Notes: generated from the sequence alone by a model not told the origin. Positions 1 through 9,575 are shown, numbered from the stretch's first letter. The stretch is DNA of 64,000 nucleotides from Gemmatimonadaceae bacterium (GCA_051859245.1 JBHYGA010000005.1:128001-192000); one strand, 5' to 3'. Numbers and translations: made by a program.

Positions 1-146
1 CCCGTTGCGTGATACAGCGTGGGTGCGGGCATGTCTTCCCGTGTGGGGCTCCTGCTCGCGCTGGACGGCCTGAGCATAAGGTCGGGTTCCACCAGGCGAT
101 GGAGCTGATCGAGCGTCCACGCCTCAGTTGCGTAGGCCATGAGCAT
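1..146 (-). pseudogene. possible internally deleted Uma2-family endonuclease remnant (runs off window edge)
   Basis: My translation from ATG 140 is MAYATEAWTLDQLHRLVEPDLMLRPSS...PAPTLY. A Uma2-like N-terminus (WTLxxLHRL) is joined directly to the xEPDLxV motif, and the usual YEL..GEL segment is missing. Not in the ORF track. Confidence 0.35.
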
Positions 147-209
147 AGGGTACGCTCGGCTCGGCCGCCGAGTCAAGCGAGACGCGTCGCGAAACGCGTG
201 TGCGAGCGC

Positions 210-416
210 CTAATCGCGCTCGTGCGACACAAAGCCCACGCGCGCGTTGATGGCAATGCGCTGCTCCGCCGTCATGCTGCTCCAGCCTGCGATCTCGTCG
301 ATCGTACGGCCGCAACCGCGGCAGCGACGGTCCGCGTCAAGCTGGCACACCTTGATGCACGGGGACTCGGTGGTGGGGCGAGCGGCTCGCGTGGCGCGGG
401 GTGGGGCGGAGGACAT
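210..416 (-). CDS. DUF1289 family small Cys-rich protein
   Basis: SPCIKVCQLD..RCRGCGRTIDEIAGWSSM motif. Confidence 0.8.
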   Translation of the reverse strand: MSSAPPRATRAARPTTESPCIKVCQLDADRRCRGCGRTIDEIAGWSSMTAEQRIAINARVGFVSHERD

Positions 417-519
417 TCGAGATCAGGAAAGTGGAGGCGCCGGCTGCTCCGGCATGAGCCGACGCGCCTGAAGCGAGACAATAAACCAATCACGCGACCG
501 GCGCGCCAAAAATCCATGC

Positions 520-547
520 TTGACAGATCGCCAAAACGCCCCATACT
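520..547 (+). promoter_or_regulatory. sigma70-type promoter for riboswitch-nrdJ
   Basis: TTGACA (520-525), 16 nt spacer, CATACT (542-547). Confidence 0.6.
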
Positions 548-557
548 GTCCATGTAA

Positions 558-593
558 CACTGGCTTGCACTCACGTGTGATTGCAAGCCAGTG
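558..593. repeat. strong inverted repeat between promoter and riboswitch
   Basis: CACTGGCTTGCA-N12-TGCAAGCCAGTG, perfect 12-bp arms. Confidence 0.75.
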
Positions 594-627
594 AGCATCG
601 CACCAAGACATAAGCACTGGTCGCTGC

Positions 628-787
628 ATCTGGTGGTTCGGATGTGGCGTGAAGAGGGAACCCGGTTCAAATCCGGGGCGGCCCCGCCGCTGTGAGGGAG
701 GACAACGGAGCATGCAGCCACTGCGGTCAGTCTGACGTGGGAAGGCGGCTCCCGCGGATGAATCCCGAGCCAGAAGACCTGCCAGTT
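628..787 (+). ncRNA. cobalamin (AdoCbl) riboswitch
   Basis: Conserved elements in order: AAGAGGGAAcccGGTtcAAATCCgggGCGGCCCCGCCgCTGTga, GCCACTG, GGGAAGGC, GAGCCAGAAGACCTGCC (B12 box). Confidence 0.93.
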
Positions 788-865
788 GCCCGGAGTCCGC
801 GCGCACCCTCGAGGGAGGATGAGCCGGGGATTGCGTACGGCCTCATCAGGGCGTGCGTGGCCGAG

Positions 866-899
866 GGCTCCTTGCGTTTGCCGCAAGGAGTCTTTTTTG
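866..899 (+). terminator. intrinsic terminator in the riboswitch expression platform
   Basis: GGCTCCTTGCG-tttgc-CGCAAGGAGTC followed by TTTTTT, about 85 nt upstream of the nrdJ start. Confidence 0.8.
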
Positions 900-983
900 T
901 CGCCGTCCGAATCGTCGGGCGGCGCCGAACATCGGTCGGTCCTCGGGGGTGCACTTTCTGCAACGACGCACCACGAGGTTGTC

Positions 984-3413
984 ATGTCCACCACCGTTGC
1001 TGCTGTACGCAACAGCGCCACCACGATCGGCACGTATACGCCGCTCGCGCCGATCAGCGCGCTCACTGAGGTCGTCAAACGTGACGGCCGTCGCGCCCCG
1101 TGGGATCCCGATCGCATCACTCGCGCCATCGCACTGGCGTTCTACGCGTCGCGCACCAACGACGCCCCCAACACGCACGCCGATGACGCGGCCGCGCGCT
1201 ACGGACTCGGCTTTACCGATTTCTCCGAAGTGTGCGCCATTACGCAGCTCGTGGTGAACACGGTCGAGCGCAAAGCCGCGAGCGAAGCGCCCACCGTGGA
1301 AGGCATTCAGGACGTGGTGGAAATGATGATCGCCGCGCGCGGACACTGGGACATTGCCAAGCGCTATGTGCTCTATCGCGCGTCGCGCTCACAAACGCGC
1401 TTGTTGCCGCACGACGTGAGCGGACTCGAAGATTACATCTTCATTTCGCGCTACTCGCGGTACCGCGCGGATCTCGGTCGCCGTGAAACGCCGGCCGAAG
1501 CCTTCACGCGCGTGATGGACATGCACCGCGAACACTTTGCCGACCGTCTTGACCGGCCGGTAGCAGGACTTGGGAATCGCACACTGCGCGCACTGCTCGA
1601 CGACACGGAGCAGGCCTTGCAGCGCCGCGCCATTCTGCCGTCGATGCGTTCGTTGCAGTTTGGCGGTACCGCCATCGAAGCAAACAACGCACGCATGTTC
1701 AACTGTGCGTTCACGCACATGAATCGCCTTGAGGCGTTTCGTGAGTCGTTCTTCCTGTTGCTCTCCGGAACGGGAGTTGGATTCAGCGTACAGCGTCATC
1801 ACGTGGCGCAGCTGCCCATGTTCCCGGTGCGCGCTGCGGAGAATGAGTTGCCGGTCTTGCACTACAATGTGCCGGATCAGCTCGAAGGTTGGGCCGACGC
1901 GCTGCACGCGTTGCTGCGTAGCTATCTCGACGGACAGAAGATCGAGTTCAACTACAGTGCGATCCGCGCGCGTGGATTGCCACTGCGCACCTCGGGCGGT
2001 CGGGCGCCTGGGCACCGGCCACTGAAAAAAGCGCTCACCGCTGTTGAGCGTGTACTCGATCAGGTGTCGGGACGCGCGCTGCGTCCGATCGAAGTGTATG
2101 ACATCATGATGCACGTGGCGGTGGCCGTGCTGTCAGGCGGCATTCGCAGGTCCGCCACGATCTGTCTCTTTTCGGCCGACGACGAAGAGATGGCGGCCGC
2201 GAAAACCGGCAACTGGTTCGAGACCAATCCGCAGCGCGGCAAGTCGAACAACTCCGCCGTGCTCGTGCGCGACACGGTGAAGGAGCAGGATTTTGCGCGA
2301 CTGTTTGAATACCAGAAGGAGTACGGTGAGCCGGGCTTCTACTTCGTGGACGACGCCGAATACGGCGCGAATCCGTGTGTGGAGATCGGATTGGCGCCGG
2401 CGCTGACCGTTGATGATCGCGCGCGTGTGCAGCTTGCCGCCTATGGTCACGATGATGTGGCGGTTGGCACACGGCTGAGTGGTTGGCAGATGTGCAATCT
2501 CACCACCATCAACGGCGCGCAGTGTGACAGCGAGGAAGATTTCCTGGCCAGCTGCCAGGCGGCGTCGCTGCTCGGCACATTGCAGGCGGCCTACACCGAC
2601 ATTCCGTATCTCGGCGCCGTCACGCGCGTGATCAACGAACGGGAGTCGTTGCTCGGCGTGTCGATTTGCGGCATTCTGGAGCGTCCGTCGGTGTTGCTCA
2701 ATCCGTCGGTGCTGGAGCGCGGTGCGCAGGTGTGTCTGGATACGAATGCCGCGATCGCTGAACATCTCGGCATCAATCCGGCCGCGCGCCTGACTTGTGT
2801 GAAGCCGGAGGGCACCGCGTCACTGGTGCTTGGTGCGGCGTCTGGCATTCACCCGCATCACGCCCGCCACTACTTCCGCCGCGTTCAAGCCGCGCGTACC
2901 GAACCGTTGTATCAGTGGTTCAAGCTCCACAATCCGCACATGACGGAAACGTCGGTGTGGGATCCGGAAACCACCGATGTGATCACGTTCCCCGTGAGCG
3001 CCCGTGAAGATGCGATTCTTCGCGAAGAAGTGGGCGCGGTGCAGTTCCTGGACTACGTGCGCACGGTGCAGCGTCACTGGGTGTGCGCCGGGCGTCGTCA
3101 CGAGCAGTTCAATCCCGGCTTGCACCACAATGTGTCAAACACCGTTACGGTGCGCGACGACGAGTGGGACGCGGTGCAGCAGTTTATCTGGGAGAATCGC
3201 GAATACTTTGCCGGTATCTCTCTGCTGCGCGAATCGGGCGACAAGATTTACGCGCAGGCGCCGCGCGAGGCGGTGTCCACCGAATCAGACGCGGTCAAGT
3301 GGAACGCGCTGCAGTACCGTTCGGTGGACTACACACTGCTCCGTGAAGAGCACGATGTCACCGCGCTCGCCGATGTGGTCGCGTGTGCCGGTGGCGCGTG
3401 CGAGATCGTGTAA
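984..3413 (+). CDS. nrdJ: class II (adenosylcobalamin-dependent, monomeric RTPR-type) ribonucleotide reductase with N-terminal ATP-cone
   Basis: ATP cone (VVKRDGRR..WD.DRI..AI; VEGIQDVVE), LPSMRSLQFGG, FNCAF, GANPCVEI finger loop, CNLTTIN, TCVKPEGT, C-terminal CAGGACE. No class I YY pair seen. Start set at ATG 984 after a GAGG RBS. Confidence 0.88.
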   Translation: MSTTVAAVRNSATTIGTYTPLAPISALTEVVKRDGRRAPWDPDRITRAIALAFYASRTNDAPNTHADDAAARYGLGFTDFSEVCAITQLVVNTVERKAASEAPTVEGIQDVVEMMIAARGHWDIAKRYVLYRASRSQTRLLPHDVSGLEDYIFISRYSRYRADLGRRETPAEAFTRVMDMHREHFADRLDRPVAGLGNRTLRALLDDTEQALQRRAILPSMRSLQFGGTAIEANNARMFNCAFTHMNRLEAFRESFFLLLSGTGVGFSVQRHHVAQLPMFPVRAAENELPVLHYNVPDQLEGWADALHALLRSYLDGQKIEFNYSAIRARGLPLRTSGGRAPGHRPLKKALTAVERVLDQVSGRALRPIEVYDIMMHVAVAVLSGGIRRSATICLFSADDEEMAAAKTGNWFETNPQRGKSNNSAVLVRDTVKEQDFARLFEYQKEYGEPGFYFVDDAEYGANPCVEIGLAPALTVDDRARVQLAAYGHDDVAVGTRLSGWQMCNLTTINGAQCDSEEDFLASCQAASLLGTLQAAYTDIPYLGAVTRVINERESLLGVSICGILERPSVLLNPSVLERGAQVCLDTNAAIAEHLGINPAARLTCVKPEGTASLVLGAASGIHPHHARHYFRRVQAARTEPLYQWFKLHNPHMTETSVWDPETTDVITFPVSAREDAILREEVGAVQFLDYVRTVQRHWVCAGRRHEQFNPGLHHNVSNTVTVRDDEWDAVQQFIWENREYFAGISLLRESGDKIYAQAPREAVSTESDAVKWNALQYRSVDYTLLREEHDVTALADVVACAGGACEIV

Positions 3414-3421
3414 CGCAACGC

Positions 3422-4687
3422 CTACAGCTGTGATTTGATCGGTAGCAGGAGTTTTTCAAGCAGTTTTTCGCGCAGCGGCCGGTTTCGCCACATGGCAAGC
3501 GAGTAGGGCTTGGCATTGGCGAGATCGCGCTCGAAGATCAGGAGCATGTCGTGCGCAAACGAATGATCGTACACATTCAGGCTCGCTTCGTCGTTCAGGC
3601 GAAGCGAGCGAATGTCCATGTTGGTGGAGCCCACTGACACAAACTCTTCGTCGATGATCACCAGCTTCACGTGGAGCATGGTGGGTTGGTACACGAAGAT
3701 CTCGACACCCGCTTCCAGCAGTTCGCCCCAGACTTGTTTGCTTGCAATGCGCACCGCGAACGAATCGAGATGCGGCCCTGGCAGCAAAATGCGCACGCGA
3801 ACGTCGCGTTTGCGTGCCGCGAGAAACGCTTCGATCAGCAGGTCGTCGGGCACAAAGTACGACGCGGCAATGTCGATGCGATGTGCCGCCGCGGCGATCG
3901 CGAGCAGGTAGAGCAGGTGCATGCTTTCGCTGCCGCTCGCCGGCGAGGCAATGAACATCTGCGCTTCAAGTGTGCCCACATCGGGAACCGCCGGAAAGAA
4001 CCGGTCGCCATTGAGCACGCGCCCGGTCGATTTGATCCAGTTGTCGTTGAATGCGGCCTGCAACTGCGCCACAACCGGACCTTCCACACGGAAGTGCATG
4101 TCGCGCCATTCGTCGGGTGACGACGCGTCCCCTTGCCACTGGTCCGCAATGCCAACGCCGCCCGTGAACCCCACGCGCCCGTCGACCACCAGCAGCTTGC
4201 GATGCGTCCGGTTGTTCATGCGGCCGAGATTGTACCAATGCAGCGGACGGTATCGATGCACGTGGACGCCGGCGTCTTCCATGGCGTGCAGCAAATCGTT
4301 GTCCATCTTGACGCTGCCCGCCCAGTCCAGCGTGACGTGCACGGGCACACCCGCCCGCGCGCGTTCGCCGAGCGCGTCGCTGAACTTCTGACCGATCTCT
4401 CCGCTCCAGTAAATGTACGTTTCGAACGTGATGGAGCGTTCCGCGCGTTCAATCGCCTGCAGCATGGCCGGGAAAATTTCCGCGCCGTTCTGCAGCGCGC
4501 GCACCTCATTCCCGCCCACGATAGACGGCGACATCATGAGCGACATCTCACGACGGAACTGCGCGTCGGCAATATCGTATCGATGTTCAATTTTTCTTTC
4601 GAGTTTTTTCTCTGCGGTGGCAAAGTTCATGGCCAACGCGGCGAGCAGCAGGGTCACGAGCGCGGTGACGGCGATCGTGACCATCAT
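3422..4687 (-). CDS. cls: cardiolipin synthase (PLD family)
   Basis: Two HKD motifs (THRKLLVVD...GG, LHVKLVIID...GSTNMD) and an N-terminal TM helix. Confidence 0.88.
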   Translation of the reverse strand: MMVTIAVTALVTLLLAALAMNFATAEKKLERKIEHRYDIADAQFRREMSLMMSPSIVGGNEVRALQNGAEIFPAMLQAIERAERSITFETYIYWSGEIGQKFSDALGERARAGVPVHVTLDWAGSVKMDNDLLHAMEDAGVHVHRYRPLHWYNLGRMNNRTHRKLLVVDGRVGFTGGVGIADQWQGDASSPDEWRDMHFRVEGPVVAQLQAAFNDNWIKSTGRVLNGDRFFPAVPDVGTLEAQMFIASPASGSESMHLLYLLAIAAAAHRIDIAASYFVPDDLLIEAFLAARKRDVRVRILLPGPHLDSFAVRIASKQVWGELLEAGVEIFVYQPTMLHVKLVIIDEEFVSVGSTNMDIRSLRLNDEASLNVYDHSFAHDMLLIFERDLANAKPYSLAMWRNRPLREKLLEKLLLPIKSQL

Positions 4688-5817
4688 GGCGCAACGTTGG
4701 CGGTGCTGGGCAGCGTGAAGCGAAAGGTGGTGCCGCGACCGAGCTCGCTCTCCACCGTCACGGTGCCCTGATGCGCTTCGACAAACGTTTTCACGATCGC
4801 GAGCCCAAGACCGAGGCCTCCTTCTTTTTCCGCATCGTGCTCGTGCTTGGTGAAGACGGTTGGCAGTTTGTCGCTCGACATACCGGCGCCGTTATCGCGC
4901 ACGCTGCATTCCACGCTGCCCGCGTCATCAATGGTGCGAGCACTGACGACGATCTCGCCGTTCGGCGTGTAGCTGATCGCGTTGGCGATCAGGTTCTGCA
5001 GGATGCGTTGCAGCAGCCCGGCATCGGCGTGCACGCGTAAATCGTCTGGGACCTCGTTGATCAGCAGCGTTGAGCCGGTGCCGGCCACAGGGTGCAGATC
5101 ATGAATCAACCCTTCCACGAGCGGCCACAGGTAGATGTAGCGTCGCTCAAGCTTGATACCCAGTTCCGTGGCCAGATTCGAGTTCTCAGCGATGACCTTG
5201 GCCACCAGCTTCTGCAGTGTATCCACGCTGCGATTGAGCGCACGAAACATCTGCGCGGTTTGTGGCTGCGCGGCGATCGGTTCGGCCAGCCGCATTTCGA
5301 TCACGCGTGATGAGAGCGCGATGGCGTTGAGCGGTGTGCGCAGATCGTGGGCCACAAAGGCGAGATACTCTTCGCGCCGGGCGAGTACCTGTCGCGCCTG
5401 GTAGGTAGCGAAGGTCGACACTGCGGAGCCAATGGAGCCATCGAACACGCGGTTGAGAACGTGGAACGGCTGGCCTTGCAGCGTGAGGTTGTTTCGATCG
5501 GCGAGGTCGTGAATGCATCCGCGCAGAATGTTGTACTCGGCAACGACTTCCTGAATATCGAAGCCCTCGGAAACGCGCTGCAGGCCGTGGTCGGGCGGGC
5601 TGCCTTCCTCGACGACCTCGGCGATGGTTTCGTCGGTTCCAATGCGCAGGGCCTCGACGAGCTCGCTCAGGAGATCCGGGATGTGGTCATTGAGCGTGGG
5701 CGTGTCGAGATGGCGTGCGGACTCGAGTTCCCGCACCTTGGCACGCCATTCGGTGAGCAGCGCGTCCTTCTCCTGGTCAATGAGCTGGGCGAGCGCACGG
5801 AGCGTCTGGTGGGTCAT
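4684..5817 (-). CDS. cytoplasmic sensor histidine kinase with RsbRD_N-like N-terminal domain
   Basis: AHDLRTPL H-box, NLIANAISYT, DNGAG, GLGLGL; N-terminal HGLQR..GFDIQEVVAEY. Start trimmed to ATG 5817 because the longer ORF overlaps the tRNA. Confidence 0.85.
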   Translation of the reverse strand: MTHQTLRALAQLIDQEKDALLTEWRAKVRELESARHLDTPTLNDHIPDLLSELVEALRIGTDETIAEVVEEGSPPDHGLQRVSEGFDIQEVVAEYNILRGCIHDLADRNNLTLQGQPFHVLNRVFDGSIGSAVSTFATYQARQVLARREEYLAFVAHDLRTPLNAIALSSRVIEMRLAEPIAAQPQTAQMFRALNRSVDTLQKLVAKVIAENSNLATELGIKLERRYIYLWPLVEGLIHDLHPVAGTGSTLLINEVPDDLRVHADAGLLQRILQNLIANAISYTPNGEIVVSARTIDDAGSVECSVRDNGAGMSSDKLPTVFTKHEHDAEKEGGLGLGLAIVKTFVEAHQGTVTVESELGRGTTFRFTLPSTANVAP

Positions 5818-5982
5818 GGCGGGGGCGTCGCGGCGGGTCGTGAGTCGGGGAGGCGGAGCGGAAGGGAAAGCTACTGCCGGTGCCGTGGGGGCGGATACGT
5901 CGCCAATCACGCCAGTTGTTTCCCGGGGGCCACGGTGATATTCTGAGGATCTGTACCATCGCACGGGGTATCCGTGCGTGCC

Positions 5983-6055
5983 GCTCACGTAGCTCAGTCG
6001 GCAGAGCACATCCTTGGTAAGGATGAGGTCACCGGTTCGATCCCGGTCGTGAGCT
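5983..6055 (+). tRNA. tRNA-Thr(GGT), CCA not encoded
   Basis: GCTCACG acceptor pairs with CGTGAGC; TAGCTCAGTCGGCAGAGC D-arm; CATCC-TTGGTAA-GGATG anticodon arm; GGTTCGATCCC T-arm. Confidence 0.97.
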
Positions 6056-6107
6056 CTCGGTGCCTGGGATCTCCCCGGGTGCCGGTCCGAGTGATTTCGC
6101 ACCCCGC

Positions 6108-6136
6108 TTGCGCCGACTTTCCGGCGCCGCTACGTT
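6108..6136 (+). promoter_or_regulatory. candidate sigma70 promoter of rpmG-secE-nusG
   Basis: TTGCGC-N17-TACGTT. Confidence 0.45.
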
Positions 6137-6356
6137 TCAGGGCTCACCCCGTTGCCCTGACCCAACGTGTGTCACAGCGCCAGAATATCGGTGTTGCTGG
6201 CGTCTGGAACGTCTGGATTGGAGTAGCTGTAGGGAGTTCACAATTGCGAAGCGGTCTGGGCCAGACGCCGCACTCACGCACAGGGCGTGGGTGCTCCGCG
6301 CCCAGATCACATCGACCGAACGGCCCCGTGTTGGGCCGCTGTCCGGAGCCGGAACG

Positions 6357-6509
6357 ATGCCGCGCGACAAGATTATTCTCGGTTGCACCGAGTGCAAGAA
6401 TCGCAACTACTTCACGTCCAAGAACAAGCGCCTGCACCCAGAGCGCGTGGAATGGAAGAAGTACTGCCCGCGGTGCAACAAGCACCTCGTGCATAAGGAA
6501 ACGAAGTAA
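6357..6509 (+). CDS. rpmG: 50S ribosomal protein L33 (Zn-binding CxxC form)
   Basis: [18 protein letters not shown]...KKYCPRC..H.ETK. Confidence 0.95.
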   Translation: MPRDKIILGCTECKNRNYFTSKNKRLHPERVEWKKYCPRCNKHLVHKETK

Positions 6510-6511
6510 TC

Positions 6512-6745
6512 ATGGCTACCACCACCGAAGTGGTCGAGCGTCCGGGCCTGGTGCCACGTACGGTTGCGTACTATCGCGACGTCGTGGCCGAAATGAAGAA
6601 GGTCACCTGGCCCGATAAAGATCAGATTCGTCAGATGACGATTCAGATCACGATCTTCGTGCTGGTGATTGGCGCGGTGATTGGCCTGATGGATCTGATG
6701 CTGCAGGGGGCGTTGATTCGCCTTCCGCAGGCGCTGCTTCGCTAA
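6512..6745 (+). CDS. secE: preprotein translocase subunit SecE
   Basis: EMKKVTWP followed by a TM helix; position before nusG. Confidence 0.92.
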   Translation: MATTTEVVERPGLVPRTVAYYRDVVAEMKKVTWPDKDQIRQMTIQITIFVLVIGAVIGLMDLMLQGALIRLPQALLR

Positions 6746-6756
6746 GGGCGGCGGCC

Positions 6757-7302
6757 ATGTTCGAACACCGCTGGTACGCCGTGCAAACCACGTCGGGCCA
6801 CGAGAACAAGGTGCAGCGGCTGTTGCAGCGCAAGATCGACACCGATCCGGCGGAAGCTGAAGCGCGTGCCATCCGGCAGGCGCTCGTGCCCACGCAGGAA
6901 GTGGTGGAAATCAAGAATGGCAAGAAGGTCACGGTCGAGCGCAAGATCTACCCGGGCTACGTGCTCGTGGAGATGGTGCCGTCGCAAGACACGCTGCACG
7001 AAGTGAGTGCGGTGCAGGGCGTGATCAAGTTTGTGGGCAAGGATCGCGATCCCATGCCGCTGCGTGATGATGAAGTCAAGCGGTTGCTTGGCATTGTCGA
7101 CGATGCGGATGCGCGTCCGGCCAAAGAAGAGATTCCGTTCCTTGTGGGTCAGGCGGTACAGATCACCGAGGGACCGTTTGCCGAGTTCAGCGGCTCCGTA
7201 GAAGAAGTGCTGACGGACAAGGGCAAAGTGCGGGTGTCGGTGAGCCTGTTTGGTCGCCCGACATCGGTCGAACTGGATTACCTGCAGCTGCGCGCCTACT
7301 AA
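6757..7302 (+). CDS. nusG: transcription factor NusG
   Basis: WYAVQTTSGHENKV, YPGYVLVEM, KOW motif GPFAEFSG, FGRPTSVEL. Confidence 0.96.
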   Translation: MFEHRWYAVQTTSGHENKVQRLLQRKIDTDPAEAEARAIRQALVPTQEVVEIKNGKKVTVERKIYPGYVLVEMVPSQDTLHEVSAVQGVIKFVGKDRDPMPLRDDEVKRLLGIVDDADARPAKEEIPFLVGQAVQITEGPFAEFSGSVEEVLTDKGKVRVSVSLFGRPTSVELDYLQLRAY

Positions 7303-7423
7303 GCAGCGGCAGGGTCGCACTGGCAACAGTGCGCGCCGGATACCACGACGGCGTTAAACGCAACAGTGGGAGCAAGACCGATGCAGGACATTCCGGCATC
7401 GGACGTTCGCGAGAGGTAGACGG

Positions 7424-7846
7424 ATGGCCAAGAAGGTTACGGGTTTCGTCAAGCTGCAGATTCCTGCAGGCAAGGCGAATCCGGCCCCGCCGGTAGGTAC
7501 GGCTCTCGGTCCGCAGGGCATCAACATCATGTCATTCTGCAAAGAGTTTAACGCTCGCACGCAGGGTGGTGATATGATCGTCCCGGTCGAGGTCACGATC
7601 TACGGCGACAAGTCGTTCACCTTTATCCTCAAGACTCCGCCAGCGGCAGAGCTCTTGAAGAAAGAGGCGGGCGTACCCAAGGGGTCGGGTCAGCCGAACA
7701 AGGTCAAAGTGGGTTCAGTCACGAAGGCTCAGGTCAAGAAGATTGCCGAGCTGAAAATGCCGGACCTGAATACGGAATCACTTGAAAGTGCCATGGCGAT
7801 GGTCGCGGGTGCGGCTCGCTCCATGGGCATCACGGTGACCGACTAA
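7424..7846 (+). CDS. rplK: 50S ribosomal protein L11
   Basis: [20 protein letters not shown]. Confidence 0.97.
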   Translation: MAKKVTGFVKLQIPAGKANPAPPVGTALGPQGINIMSFCKEFNARTQGGDMIVPVEVTIYGDKSFTFILKTPPAAELLKKEAGVPKGSGQPNKVKVGSVTKAQVKKIAELKMPDLNTESLESAMAMVAGAARSMGITVTD

Positions 7847-8535
7847 TGCGCACCTACGGCAAGAAGTACACGGCCGCGGCCAAGAGCCGCGAGATCGGCG
7901 CCGCGCATGCAGCGGATAAGGCGATCGCCCTCGTGAAGAGCATGGCGTTTGCCAAGTTCGACGAGACGGTCGAGGTCGCAGTGCGCCTCGGCGTGGATCC
8001 GCGTCATGCGGATCAGGTCGTGCGTGGTACCGTGGTGCTCCCCGAGGGAACCGGTAAGACCATGCGCGTGCTCGTCATTGCGACGGGTGCCAAGATCCAG
8101 GAAGCGCAGGACGCAGGGGCCGATTTTGTCGGCACCGAGTTCCTTGCGAAGATCAAGGATGGCTGGTTGGATTTTGATGTCATGATCGCGACCCCGGATC
8201 AGATGGGTCAGATCGGCGCGTTGGGCCGAGTGCTTGGTCCGCGTGGTTTGATGCCAAATCCGAAGGCTGGCACTGTCACGTTCGACGTGGCCAAGGCAGT
8301 CAAAGAATCAAAGGGCGGCAAGATCGAGTTCCGCGTTGACAAGGGCGGCAATGTGCACGCTCCGATCGGCAAGGTCTCGTTTGAAGCTGCTGCGCTGGAG
8401 CGCAACTTTGCAGCGTTCATGGATCAGATTGTGCGATCCAAGCCGAGCGCGGCAAAGGGTGTGTATGTCCGTAACGTCGCGATCTCGAGCTCCATGGGTC
8501 CCGGCGTCACCATCGATACCAATCCGTACCGGTAA
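7846..8535 (+). CDS. rplA: 50S ribosomal protein L1
   Basis: [33 protein letters not shown]. Confidence 0.97.
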   Translation: MRTYGKKYTAAAKSREIGAAHAADKAIALVKSMAFAKFDETVEVAVRLGVDPRHADQVVRGTVVLPEGTGKTMRVLVIATGAKIQEAQDAGADFVGTEFLAKIKDGWLDFDVMIATPDQMGQIGALGRVLGPRGLMPNPKAGTVTFDVAKAVKESKGGKIEFRVDKGGNVHAPIGKVSFEAAALERNFAAFMDQIVRSKPSAAKGVYVRNVAISSSMGPGVTIDTNPYR

Positions 8536-8549
8536 GGGGCGACGCAACC

Positions 8550-9065
8550 ATGAAGAAATCGAAGAAGACAGAACTCGTTGGTGAGCTGAAGGACAAGCTC
8601 GCCACGGCGAGTGCGGTGTACTACACCGACTTCACCGGGCTGAACGTGAAGCGCATGACGGAACTCCGTCGCCGTTTCCGGAAAGCTGGTGTGGAGTACG
8701 TGGTCATCAAGAACACGCTCGCGCTGCGGGCGGTAAACGAGAGCGGTCTGGTGTCAGAGCGTCTCCGCGGTCCGACAGGACTCGTGGTGACGACCGATCC
8801 GGTCGCCGGCGCCAAGGTGCTGACCGAGTTTGCGAAGGAAAACGACCAGAAGCCGGCCATCAAGGGCGGTGTGTTTGACGGTCGTCGTCTGGATGTCGAC
8901 CAGGTCAAGCAGCTGGCCAATATGCCGTCACGGGAGCAGTTGCTCTCCGAGCTGGCCGGAACCCTGCAGGCCCCGATGGCGGGCATGCTCGGTGCCATGA
9001 ATGCGCTCTTTACCAACTTCGCTGGCGCGCTCGACGCGCTCAAGCAGCAGAAGGAAGCTGCCTGA
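8550..9065 (+). CDS. rplJ: 50S ribosomal protein L10
   Basis: VIKNTLA, LANMPSREQLL; synteny. Confidence 0.95.
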   Translation: MKKSKKTELVGELKDKLATASAVYYTDFTGLNVKRMTELRRRFRKAGVEYVVIKNTLALRAVNESGLVSERLRGPTGLVVTTDPVAGAKVLTEFAKENDQKPAIKGGVFDGRRLDVDQVKQLANMPSREQLLSELAGTLQAPMAGMLGAMNALFTNFAGALDALKQQKEAA

Positions 9066-9131
9066 ATCCCCCAGGCGTACGCCTGAACAACGCCCCAGGA
9101 ACACCTGGGAGATTACTGAGGAGATAGTACC

Positions 9132-9518
9132 ATGGCGAACACCACGCTGAGCAAGGACGAAATTCTCGACGCAATCGGCAACATGTCGGTTTTCGAGCTG
9201 TCCGAAATGATTGAAGCGTTCAAGGAGAAGTTCAACGTCACCATCGCAGTGGCCGCCCCGGCTGCCGCTGCGGCTGCGCCGGCTGCTGCCGCCGCGGTTG
9301 AGGAGCAGACTGAGTTCGAAGTCATCCTCAAGGAAGCGGGCGCCAAGAAGATCCAGGTCATCAAGGTGGTTCGCGAAATCACCGGCCTGGGCCTGAAGGA
9401 AGCCAAGGACCTGGTGGATGGCGCTCCGAAGAGCGTGAAGGAAAATGTGTCGAAGGATGAAGCCGCACAGCTGAAGGCCAAGCTCGAAGCTGAAGGCGCG
9501 TCGGTCGAAGTCAAGTAA
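9132..9518 (+). CDS. rplL: 50S ribosomal protein L7/L12
   Basis: Ala-rich hinge, [19 protein letters not shown]. Confidence 0.97.
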   Translation: MANTTLSKDEILDAIGNMSVFELSEMIEAFKEKFNVTIAVAAPAAAAAAPAAAAAVEEQTEFEVILKEAGAKKIQVIKVVREITGLGLKEAKDLVDGAPKSVKENVSKDEAAQLKAKLEAEGASVEVK

Positions 9519-9532
9519 GGTTCCGAACTCGT

Positions 9533-9575
9533 GGGCGGTACCACTCCGGTGCCGCCCCGGGTTCTGGTTCTTCAC
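9533..9575 (+). terminator. hairpin after rplL (weak terminator or attenuator before rpoB)
   Basis: GGGCGGTACC-actcc-GGTGCCGCCC followed by an imperfect T-rich tail. Confidence 0.45.

Noticed and set aside
9..557. 182-aa plus-strand ORF
   Set aside because: Overlaps the DUF1289 gene and the promoter; Arg-rich composition with no motif.
786..983. N-terminal extension of nrdJ in the ORF track
   Set aside because: It is the riboswitch platform and terminator; an RBS supports ATG 984.
984..3413. Intein or intron in nrdJ
   Set aside because: ORF is continuous, of ordinary length, with no splice motifs.
5983..6055. tRNA-Thr as an integration site
   Set aside because: No integrase and no duplicated tRNA 3' end found in the window.
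5818..6102. N-terminal extension of the histidine kinase
   Set aside because: Runs through tRNA-Thr on the opposite strand.
7303..7423. L1-binding leader before rplK
   Set aside because: ACCAC and GTGGGAG occur, but in an order I could not fit confidently to the consensus.
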